From positions 150,618 to 214,617 of the IMG/VR virus record IMGVR_UViG_3300008110_000030: a stretch of DNA of 64,000 nucleotides. One strand, written 5' to 3'. Below, one piece after another: positions 40,060 to 48,692 of the stretch; positions within the stretch are counted from its first letter, which is position 1; each line of letters starts with the position of its first letter. A program made the position numbers and the translations under genes. Below the pieces are notes generated by a model. The model was not told the origin of the DNA. It saw only the letters and a list, made by a program, of their open reading frames with translations, and made no database searches.

Positions 40060-40686
40060 ATGAGCTTTTTATTGCGCGAAAGTTTGTCGTTTGATCAGGC
40101 ACGTTGTGTTGTTGAATCAGACGACAAAGACGGCAAGAACCTTTATATGAAGGGAATTTGTATCCAAGGCGGGATTCGTAATGCGAATCAGCGTATATAT
40201 CCTGTTGATCAAATAGGTAATGCTGTCAACACGTTAATTGATCAAATTAAGAACGGATACAGCGTATTAGGCGAAGTTGACCATCCAGACGATTTGAAAG
40301 TTAATTTGGACCGCGTAAGTCACATGATTACAGATATGTGGATGGACGGTCCTAACGGTTACGGTAAGTTTAAAATCTTACCAACACCAATGGGAAATTT
40401 AGTACGCACCATGTTAGAGTCCGGCGTTAAGCTAGGAGTATCGAGTCGTGGTAGCGGCAACGTTAATGATGGCAATGGCGAAGTATCAGACTTTGAAATC
40501 ATTACGGTAGATGTAGTAGCACAACCAAGTGCGCCAGGTGCGTATCCTACAGCCATTTATGAGCATTTTATGAATTCTCGTGGTGGTAATAGAGCTATAC
40601 AAGTGGCACATGAAGTTAGAGAAGATCCAAAGGCCCAAAAATATCTTAAGGAAAGTATCCTTAATATTATTCAAGGTCTAAAATAA
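40060..40686 (+). CDS. gp21: Prohead protease
   Basis: NANQRIYP...LGEVDHP...VSHMI...ILPTPMG...GVSSRGSG...DVVAQPSAPGA. Confidence 0.95.
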   Translation: MSFLLRESLSFDQARCVVESDDKDGKNLYMKGICIQGGIRNANQRIYPVDQIGNAVNTLIDQIKNGYSVLGEVDHPDDLKVNLDRVSHMITDMWMDGPNGYGKFKILPTPMGNLVRTMLESGVKLGVSSRGSGNVNDGNGEVSDFEIITVDVVAQPSAPGAYPTAIYEHFMNSRGGNRAIQVAHEVREDPKAQKYLKESILNIIQGLK

Positions 40687-40704
40687 GCCCGAGGAGAAAA
40701 AGAG

Positions 40705-41799
40705 ATGTTGGACGCATTCAAAAAACTTTTCGAAAGCGGAATGATTTCTGAGGAAATCAAAGCCGAAGTCGAAACAGCTTGGAACGCCAAACTTCAAGAA
40801 ACTCGCGATGTACTAACAGCTGAACTTCGTGAAGAGTTCGCTCAACGTTATGAGCACGATCGTGCAACTATTGTTGAGTCACTTGACAAGATGATTGGTG
40901 AACAGTTAGAAAGCGAAATTGCTGAATTCGTTGCTGACAAACAAAGCCTTGCAGAAGCAAGAGCCCAGTATGAAGCAAAAATTTCAAAAGATTCTGAAGT
41001 ATTAGAAGCTTTTGTTGTTAAGAATTTAGCTAGAGAGTTAGGTGAATTCCAAAGCGATCGTCAGAAAGTTGCAGAAAACTTCGGAAAGCTAGAAGCTTTC
41101 GTAGTTGAAGCACTTGCTCGTGAGATTAAAGAATTCGCAGAAGATAAGAAAGACCTTGCAGAAACTAAAGTTAAATTAGTTCGCGAAGCAAAAGAAAAAT
41201 TTGCTGAAATCAAACAACAATTTATCGCTAAGAGCGCAACAATTGTTGAGAACGCAATTACAAAAAATCTTACAAAAGAGATTTCGCAATTACGTGAAGA
41301 TATTGATAGCGCACGCCAAAATAACTTTGGACGCAAGATTTTCGAAGCCTTTAATGCAGAATATATGGCTAGTCATGTTAATGAAAAATCCACAACTTCA
41401 CGTTTGTTGAAGATTGTAGATAAGAAAGAAACAGAACTAGCAGAAGCACAAAAAACTATTGCAGAAGTACAGCAAATTGTTGAAAGCAAAGAACGTGAAA
41501 TCCGTATTGCTAACGACATGATGAAGCGTAAAGAAGCAATGCAAGAATTACTAGCTCCGCTAAGTGGTGAAAAGAAAGCAGTTATGAATCAACTTTTAGA
41601 AGGTGTACAAACTTTCAAATTAGCTGATGCTTTCGACAAGTACTTACCAGCGGTGATGGAAGGCAAGGCACACACTAAGGCACCAAAACAGGCACTAAAT
41701 GAGAGTAAAGAGGTTACAGGCGACAAGCCAACCAAGATCACTGCCGAGGAAGGTATTGATAATTTAATTGACATCCGCAAACTAGCGGGTCTAAAATAA
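40705..41799 (+). CDS. gp22: Prohead scaffold/core protein
   Basis: Coiled-coil E/K-rich protein between protease and MCP; GRKIFEAF motif. Confidence 0.8.
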   Translation: MLDAFKKLFESGMISEEIKAEVETAWNAKLQETRDVLTAELREEFAQRYEHDRATIVESLDKMIGEQLESEIAEFVADKQSLAEARAQYEAKISKDSEVLEAFVVKNLARELGEFQSDRQKVAENFGKLEAFVVEALAREIKEFAEDKKDLAETKVKLVREAKEKFAEIKQQFIAKSATIVENAITKNLTKEISQLREDIDSARQNNFGRKIFEAFNAEYMASHVNEKSTTSRLLKIVDKKETELAEAQKTIAEVQQIVESKEREIRIANDMMKRKEAMQELLAPLSGEKKAVMNQLLEGVQTFKLADAFDKYLPAVMEGKAHTKAPKQALNESKEVTGDKPTKITAEEGIDNLIDIRKLAGLK

Positions 41800-41812
41800 T
41801 TAGGAGAAACAA

Positions 41813-43000
41813 ATGTCCGTATTGCTAAATGAAAAATGGCAAGATACAAAAGAGGCCCTACTAGAAGGCCTACAAGGCCACAAGCGTAGTGTCATGGGTG
41901 TGACCCTTGAAAACACTCGTAGGTATCTTGCAGAAAGTGCAACAGCTGGTTCAACCAGTGCAGGTAACGTTGCAACACTAAACCGCGTGATTCTTCCAGT
42001 AATCCGCCGTGTAATGCCAACAGTCATTGCTAACGAAATCGTTGGCGTACAACCAATGACTGGTCCAGTTGGTCAAATCCACACACTACGTATTCGTTAC
42101 GCAGATGGTGGTGATGGCGTAACAGCTGGAGATGAAGCACTAAGCCCATTCAAGATTGCGGCTGCTTATTCTGGTAACAACACAGACGCTACACCAGGTG
42201 CAAGTAGTACTGCTAGCCTAGAAGGCAACCCAGGTAAGCGTATGAGTATCCAAATCTTGAAACAAGCTGTAGAAGCCAAGACACGTAAGCTAAGTGCTCG
42301 TTGGACTTTTGAAGCTGCTCAAGATGCACAAGCTCAGCAAGGTATTGATATCGAAGCTGAAATTATGGCTGCTCTAGCACAAGAAATTACAGCTGAAATT
42401 GACCAAGAAATTCTTTCTAGCCTACGTGGTCTAGCAAGCGTTGGTCAAACTTACGACCAAGCTGCCGTATCTGGTACAGCTACATTCGTTGGTGACGAGC
42501 ATGCCGCATTGGCAGTTCAAATCAACCGTGTTGCTAACCAAATCGCTCAGCGTACACGTCGTGGTGCAGGTAACTGGGCTGTTGTGTCTAACCAGGCATT
42601 GACAATTCTACAATCTGCAACAACAAGTGCGTTTGCACGTACAACAGAAGGTACTTTCGAAGCTCCTACAAACACTAAGTTTGTTGGTACATTGAACGGT
42701 GCTATGCGTGTGTATGTTGATACATACTTAGCAGACAGTGGTAGCCAAACTATCAATGACAACCAAGTATTAGTTGGTTATAAAGGTCCTAGCGAGGCAG
42801 ATGCTGCCGCGTTCTATTGCCCATATATTCCTCTAATGAGTTCTGGTGTTGTTCTAGATCCAGCTACTTTTGAACCAGTAGTTGGCTTCATGACACGTTA
42901 TGGTTATGTAGAGTTAAACAACACTGCTTCTTCTCTAGGTAACGCGGCTGACTATCTAAGCAAGGTATCTATTACCGCTGCCAACGTTAGCTTCCAATAA
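41813..43000 (+). CDS. gp23: Major capsid protein
   Basis: IRRVMPTVIANEIVGVQPMTGPVGQI...AKTRKLSARWTFEAAQD...EITAEIDQEI...AAFYCPYIPL...FMTRYG. Confidence 0.97.
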   Translation: MSVLLNEKWQDTKEALLEGLQGHKRSVMGVTLENTRRYLAESATAGSTSAGNVATLNRVILPVIRRVMPTVIANEIVGVQPMTGPVGQIHTLRIRYADGGDGVTAGDEALSPFKIAAAYSGNNTDATPGASSTASLEGNPGKRMSIQILKQAVEAKTRKLSARWTFEAAQDAQAQQGIDIEAEIMAALAQEITAEIDQEILSSLRGLASVGQTYDQAAVSGTATFVGDEHAALAVQINRVANQIAQRTRRGAGNWAVVSNQALTILQSATTSAFARTTEGTFEAPTNTKFVGTLNGAMRVYVDTYLADSGSQTINDNQVLVGYKGPSEADAAAFYCPYIPLMSSGVVLDPATFEPVVGFMTRYGYVELNNTASSLGNAADYLSKVSITAANVSFQ

Positions 43001-43023
43001 TCTTAAGAGATTAGAAGAAAAAC

Positions 43024-43050
43024 AAAAAGCCCCAGCAATGGGGCTTTTTT
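43024..43050 (+). terminator. Intrinsic terminator after MCP
   Basis: AAAAAGCCCCA-GCAA-TGGGGCTTTTTT. Confidence 0.9.
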
Positions 43051-43066
43051 GTGAGTAAATATACTT

Positions 43067-43348
43067 GTGATGCAAGAGTATTCTATAACTAATAGTTTAG
43101 ACTGGCAACAGGTCAGATCTAGGATGTCTAAGAGTAAAGACAACTTGGGCATATTTAAACGCGATATTGATAGACTATTAAAAGGTATTGATGTTGAAAT
43201 AATTAAACTAGGTAATTTAGAAATCACCGCAAGAAACAATAAAAGCCAGTCTAGTCTAGACCGTGCGCAAGCACAATTAGACATAGTTAATCAACAAATA
43301 AAGAATTTCAATAAATTTTACATAATGGCTCTTATGACGCATAGCTAA
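43067..43348 (+). CDS. Hypothetical helical protein
   Basis: 93-aa ORF preceded by GTAAATA (43055-43061). Confidence 0.6.
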   Translation: MMQEYSITNSLDWQQVRSRMSKSKDNLGIFKRDIDRLLKGIDVEIIKLGNLEITARNNKSQSSLDRAQAQLDIVNQQIKNFNKFYIMALMTHS

Positions 43349-43389
43349 TGTTTTTTAGATACAGATAAATATCATATAAGGAAAAATAC

Positions 43390-44481
43390 ATGTCTACAAG
43401 AGAAGTCATACGAACAACAGGTGATTGGCACGTGCAAGCCACGCAAGATCTGCACCTAGAAACTCAGTATCTAAATGGAAACAATGGTACTGTATATGTT
43501 TATGGCAATTTAATGGTAAGAGGTAATACTACTACTATTGAATCTAATGATCTTAGTATTGGCGATAAAGTTTTAGTTTTAAACAAAGGTGAACCAGGAA
43601 TAGCTGGTGGCACTGAAGCAGGCGTAAGCGTAGATGGTATTTCAGGAATAAGCATTAGTAGAGGAGGTCCAAACGACCCAGCAGAAAATGCCAATTGGTT
43701 TTTTAATCAAAATAAAAATTGGAGTTATGACGGAACACTCACAAGCGGAATGTGGGAAGCTATCATTGGACCTCCAACAGGCGGCGTTGGTACACATTCA
43801 GGCGCGATATTAAATGCTATTCGAACAGGATCAGCAAATACTGATTTAAGTTTACTTGGCGCTGAAAATGCCAGCGCAGTTGTAACATTAGATGGAGTTG
43901 TTAACTACACTCAACGTATTCTTACTCGTTCAAATCCAGATGATGTGCCAAATAAAGGTTATGTTGATTATGCTATTGAAGCACAAGTGGATAGAAGAAG
44001 ATTACAATTAAATTATAGAAATAGTTTAGGGACACTTGTACAAGTTTCTAATACGTATGTAGAACTTACTGACGCAAACGTTCCTGGTTATGGAAATCCT
44101 TCATCCATACTTGAACCACAATTAAGAACAAGTATTGGTGGCAATCAATGGATTACTACTTATAACAACAGACTTGTTATTGGTGATTTAAAGATTTTAG
44201 ATTCAAATGAAATTACAATGGATGCACAAAATACAGCATTAGTACTTTCAACAAGACCTGGAGCATCAGCTACACTTAATCCTTCAGTGGAATTAAAAAC
44301 ATCATTGAGTATGGTCATTGATAATACATATTCAGTACCTAATAATGAAGCTGGTAAGGTTAAACTTTACCCAGAGCAAGAAGGTCCAGGGGGGACAGGA
44401 TTATATTTTGTAAATAGTGAAAACGTTAGAGACGAGCTAGTTAGTAAACGTCGTTCTTTCTTCGCTAGTCTAATGTTTTAA
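43390..44481 (+). CDS. Putative virion structural protein
   Basis: GATAAATA at 43364-43371, SD AAGGA; VYGNLMVRGNTTTIESNDLSIGDKVLVLNKGE fibre-type motif; VPNKGYVD. Confidence 0.65.
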   Translation: MSTREVIRTTGDWHVQATQDLHLETQYLNGNNGTVYVYGNLMVRGNTTTIESNDLSIGDKVLVLNKGEPGIAGGTEAGVSVDGISGISISRGGPNDPAENANWFFNQNKNWSYDGTLTSGMWEAIIGPPTGGVGTHSGAILNAIRTGSANTDLSLLGAENASAVVTLDGVVNYTQRILTRSNPDDVPNKGYVDYAIEAQVDRRRLQLNYRNSLGTLVQVSNTYVELTDANVPGYGNPSSILEPQLRTSIGGNQWITTYNNRLVIGDLKILDSNEITMDAQNTALVLSTRPGASATLNPSVELKTSLSMVIDNTYSVPNNEAGKVKLYPEQEGPGGTGLYFVNSENVRDELVSKRRSFFASLMF

Positions 44482-44490
44482 GGATAAAAA

Positions 44491-44805
44491 ATGATAACAG
44501 CAACTAATTTAACAACCACAAACAATACACAAGCATTTCTTTCAGACGGAGAAAACGGCGTAACAACTTTGATGATCTGCAATCATCATGCAAGCACCAA
44601 TGCCGTAGTAAACGTTTGGGTCGTCCCGCAAAGTCAAGTATCAGGCAATGCTAATCAAATTTTGAAAAATCTAACCATTGTGGCAAGTGACACATTTGAT
44701 ATGGACAAGGAAAAATAAGTATTAAATGATGGCGACACTATAATGGTTCAAGCAGATATTGCCGATGTTATTAATACGGTAATTAGTAGTATGGCGGTAG
44801 CATAA
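44491..44805 (+). pseudogene. Small virion protein interrupted by an in-frame TAA at 44716-44718 (real or sequence error)
   Basis: Reading through gives DKEK*VLNDGDTIMVQADIADVINTVISSMAVA, which parallels GEKLIVAPSNILTAVADQ...IIASFVEIT in 52416..52745 and ends in a TAATG overlap with the next gene. Confidence 0.75.
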
Positions 44806-45585
44806 TGAAGTTTATCAAACGTAAAAACATTGATACGTATCGACCAAAAAGCCAACGCTTTACAGTTGAGGTTGATGGACGTGCTATTATTGACACAAAT
44901 AAGCCAACGCTTTACAGTTGAGGTTGATGGACGTGCTATTATTGACACAAATAAAACTTTAACCCTTCCTATCGGATCAACTGCTGATAGACCAGCTACT
45001 GGTATTCCAGGAATGATAAGATATAATACTGACGATGAAGATTTTGAAGTGTTTACTGGATATGGTACTTGGGGTTGGGAAAGATTAAGAACTAACAGAC
45101 CAAGTGAAATAACAGTTAATAATATTGGCACAGGCTTAGGTGATGGCACAGTGTCTAGTGTACAAGTTACAGTAAGCGGGTCTGGATATGCAACAGCCCC
45201 AACAATTACTTTTAGTCCACCTGATGTTGGTACAGATGTGGCCACAGGCACAGTTAACGTAAATGGTGGACAAATTGAATCGATCACTATGACTAATGAT
45301 GGATCTGGATATATTACAGTGCCAACAGTTACAATTGATGGTGTAAATCAAACAGCCACACTGACTGCAATATTAACTGGTACACAAAACTATCCGTTGC
45401 CTGCAATTCCTGTTGATGATCTAGGAAATTTAAGTGCAAATAACGTTCAAATATATGTAGAAAACGTATTTCAAATACCAGGAATAAACTATACATTGGT
45501 ACAAGTTGGTCCTACAGCATCTGTTAAATTTGATGCACCAGTTCCGTTTGGAAAGCCAATCTACGCCATATTTGGATTTGATTAA
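44805..45585 (+). pseudogene. Virion structural gene frameshifted by a 52-bp tandem duplication
   Basis: ATG 44805 reads MKFIKRKNIDTYRPKSQRFTVEVDGRAIIDTNK and then stops at 44919-44921. Removing one repeat copy restores a 242-aa ORF. Confidence 0.8.
44849..44952. repeat. Perfect 52-bp tandem duplication
   Basis: AAGCCAACGCTTTACAGTTGAGGTTGATGGACGTGCTATTATTGACACAAAT at 44849-44900 and 44901-44952. Confidence 0.97.
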
Positions 45586-45617
45586 TCCAATAAATATTAG
45601 CATGATAGGAACATGCT

Positions 45618-48572
45618 ATGGCTAATATTGGAAGAATAACAGGCCCTTTATTAAAAGACAACCTTTTAAGAAACGGTGTAGATCTTGCGTTTGAAACAGA
45701 TTTAATATATCTAAACGTCAATGAAGATCGCATTGGCCTAAAAACAGATTCCCCAGCAAGAGAATTAGAAATTGACAACCATGGTCAAACAACTGACCTA
45801 ATAGTTGACGATAATATACATCTACCTAATATTGACATAGACAATGTTAGTAATATTACCACATCAAATGGAATATTATATCTAAATGCGGCTCAACGAA
45901 TTAATGCAGTTGCACTTGCAGTTGATAATCTTAAAATAGATGCAAATAGACTATCAACAAGATTACCAAATACAGATTTAGAAATAAGACCAACTGATAG
46001 ACTGATCATCAATGCTAACACTTATATTGATGCGGGACTACATGCTACTGGAAATATTACTTTTGATGGCACTATCGTTTTTGGTAATGACGATACTGAC
46101 AACGTAACATTTGCATCAGATATCAATAGCAGTATATTTCCTAATTTAACAAATGAATATGGATTAGGTAATACAACAAATCGATGGAAGAAACTTTGGG
46201 CAAACTCAGTCAAAGGAACTACACTAACTGTAGACACAATGACTTCGCCTTCAGGCATCGACTTCCAATTAAGATTTACTAAATCATTATTCGTGTCAGT
46301 AAATGGCAGCGACAGCAATGCAGGTAATCATCAAAATGCTCCATATGGTACGTTAAAACACGCATTAAGTCAAGCAACAGCGGGCGACACTATTTTTATT
46401 TTTCCAGGAGTATACGATGAAATTACTCCGTTAACAGTTCCTGTTGGGGTTAACATAGTGGGTCTTGAAGTTCGTCAAACAATAATCATGCCAACAGAAG
46501 ACACAAAGTATAACGATGTCTTCTTACTAAACGGTGAAACAAGCATATCAGATATCACTGTCAGAGGATTTTTGTACGACAGTATGCTCAATACAGGTCA
46601 TGCTTTTAGGTTTGCTCCTGATTTTAAAGTAACTACTAAAAGTCCTTATATACAAAATGTGTCAGTTATTACTAGAGGTTCTTCAGTAACTGATGGTGTA
46701 ATTGAAATTTTAGACGGAGAATTTTCAAATAGCTATCTAGATCAAATTGCATCTGGCGGAACAGCACTAACTTCAATTTTTGAAGCGTTGGCTAACGGCG
46801 GACTATCTAGTAATTCAGGAAGTTTTAATCTTAATGATATTTTAGGATTTAATGACGGTAACGCAGGACGAGGTGCTTACATAGACGGAAGTGTGGCAGA
46901 TCCAGAGAGTAACGAAGCAAGTATGCTTTTCCACTCTTGTACATTTATAACTCCAGGTGTAGATGCATTAGTTATGACCAACGGAGTTCGTGTTGAAGTA
47001 ATTAACTGTTTTACATATTTTGCTAACATAGGATTTTATGCAACTCGAGGAGTATTAGGGTTTTCAAGCCTGAACACAAAATTTGGTGCCGAGGTTCGAA
47101 GTATTGCATCAGCAAACGTTTATGGTAATTACGGTGCAGTAGCAGATGGTGTAGATACGTTGATGTATCTAATTGGTCATAATTTTGGCTACATAGGTAG
47201 TGGCCTAGATTCCTCTAACGATAACACCCTGGCCATACAAGCTAACGAAACAGTGGAACTCAACACTGGCAAAATTTACTATACTAGTCAAGCGCAGGAC
47301 GGTGATTTTAGAGTAGGTGATCAATTCTATATTGACTTAGAAAATGGATTAGTTTCTTTTGACACTTCAGGAATTGCGGCTAACGGGGCAAGTACTCTAG
47401 CAATTCAAGGAGTTAATTCTAGACTGTTTATTGATGCTTCTAAAATTGAATTAGGTGATTTTAGACTCAGCGGTAACACTATTGAAACGCTGACCCAACC
47501 ATTTAATTTATTAGCTTCTAATGGGCAAACAGCATTTGCTGATAATGTTCAAGTTGGAAAAAATTTATTAATTACTGGTGATTTACAAACTGATGGAACC
47601 CTTACCTTTGGTAATCAGGCACAGGATACGGTTACATTTAATACTGAACTAAGTCAAAATCTAAATCCTAAGACTACTAATCTTTTTGATATTGGGGCGT
47701 CAGGAAAGATTTGGCGAGACATTTATATAGCCAGTATTCAAACGCAAGATATTAACGTTAATAATAATAGAATTGAAACTACATTAACTGACAGTAATCT
47801 TTTATTGTCAGGAAATGGCACTGGAAATACTATAGTAGAAGGTTTAGAGTTTGGTAACGGCACCATGACTTCTACAGTGCTTAACAGCAATATAGTGTTA
47901 GCTCCAGCTAGCAATTCTAATCTAATCATTGCAAGTAGTACTGCATTACGAGTTCCTAGAACTACTACTCAACTAAACAGAACTGGAGAGGTAAGATTTA
48001 ATACTTCTACTGGATTATTTGATGGATTTAGCACAGCATTAGTTGGATTTGGTGGAGTATATTCAGCAGATCGTCAAACAAGTTTATTGGCCCATCCTAC
48101 AAATAATACCTTAATATTTAGAGCAGACGACGTTGTTACAACTGTGATTGATTCTGCAGGATTAACGACCAATGCTCTTTTTACTGACAATTTACAACTT
48201 AATAATAACACGATAACCGCAATGGGATCTAACGATCTTGTACTAGTTGCTGATAGTGTAAATGTGCAGAATCTTACTATAAGTGACAATACAATCAGTC
48301 CAACTACATCAAATGCTAACTTAGAATTAGGGACTACTGGACTTGCTGGGTATGTACAATTTACTGGAACTGGAGCATTAGAGTTCCCTGTAGGTGATAA
48401 TTCTAGTAGACCCCTTAACCCTGTAATTGGAAATACTAGATTTAATCCTGAACTTCAATACACTGAAGTTTGGAGCGGCACTGCATGGATTCCAGTTACT
48501 GGTGTTGGTGAACTTTCTACGTTTGAATACGCTAACGAACAGACTACTCTTTGGTCTATCATCTTAGGTTAA
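45618..48572 (+). CDS. Large virion fibre/spike protein with beta-helix-like core; paralog of 48693..52412
   Basis: N-terminus GRITGPLLKDNLLRNGVDLAFETDL is shared with the next gene; FVSVNGSD...PYGTLKHAL, SPYIQNVSVIT; AATAAATA at 45589-45596. Confidence 0.75.
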   Translation: MANIGRITGPLLKDNLLRNGVDLAFETDLIYLNVNEDRIGLKTDSPARELEIDNHGQTTDLIVDDNIHLPNIDIDNVSNITTSNGILYLNAAQRINAVALAVDNLKIDANRLSTRLPNTDLEIRPTDRLIINANTYIDAGLHATGNITFDGTIVFGNDDTDNVTFASDINSSIFPNLTNEYGLGNTTNRWKKLWANSVKGTTLTVDTMTSPSGIDFQLRFTKSLFVSVNGSDSNAGNHQNAPYGTLKHALSQATAGDTIFIFPGVYDEITPLTVPVGVNIVGLEVRQTIIMPTEDTKYNDVFLLNGETSISDITVRGFLYDSMLNTGHAFRFAPDFKVTTKSPYIQNVSVITRGSSVTDGVIEILDGEFSNSYLDQIASGGTALTSIFEALANGGLSSNSGSFNLNDILGFNDGNAGRGAYIDGSVADPESNEASMLFHSCTFITPGVDALVMTNGVRVEVINCFTYFANIGFYATRGVLGFSSLNTKFGAEVRSIASANVYGNYGAVADGVDTLMYLIGHNFGYIGSGLDSSNDNTLAIQANETVELNTGKIYYTSQAQDGDFRVGDQFYIDLENGLVSFDTSGIAANGASTLAIQGVNSRLFIDASKIELGDFRLSGNTIETLTQPFNLLASNGQTAFADNVQVGKNLLITGDLQTDGTLTFGNQAQDTVTFNTELSQNLNPKTTNLFDIGASGKIWRDIYIASIQTQDINVNNNRIETTLTDSNLLLSGNGTGNTIVEGLEFGNGTMTSTVLNSNIVLAPASNSNLIIASSTALRVPRTTTQLNRTGEVRFNTSTGLFDGFSTALVGFGGVYSADRQTSLLAHPTNNTLIFRADDVVTTVIDSAGLTTNALFTDNLQLNNNTITAMGSNDLVLVADSVNVQNLTISDNTISPTTSNANLELGTTGLAGYVQFTGTGALEFPVGDNSSRPLNPVIGNTRFNPELQYTEVWSGTAWIPVTGVGELSTFEYANEQTTLWSIILG

Positions 48573-48594
48573 TTTCAAAAGCAACTAAATAATA

Positions 48595-48680
48595 GTACTG
48601 CAAACAATGACCAATTGTTTGCGAAATCATACTGTGGTAAACCCGCAATGCAAGGTGGTTAACCGTGAAACACGGGGTAC
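48595..48680 (+). ncRNA. Candidate structured 5' leader RNA
   Basis: Multi-branch fold between a late-promoter-like CTAAATA (48585-48591) and SD AGGAG (48682-48686). Confidence 0.55.
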
Positions 48681-48692
48681 AAGGAGTGAACG

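Noticed and set aside
44716-44718. Stop-codon reassignment
   Set aside because: Single case; TAA terminates most genes and the giant ORFs are intact in code 11.
44830-44900. Track N-terminus MIRIDQKANALQLRLMDVLL of the 251-aa ORF
   Set aside because: Out-of-frame reading of the first repeat copy; the real start is probably 44805.
44849-44952. CRISPR array or DGR template/variable repeat
   Set aside because: Two adjacent identical copies with no spacer, no adenine-specific differences, and no RT or cas gene in the window.
48595-48680. c-di-GMP-I riboswitch (GCAAAC and GAAA present)
   Set aside because: GCAAAC is fully paired in a perfect stem and the tetraloop/receptor layout does not fit.
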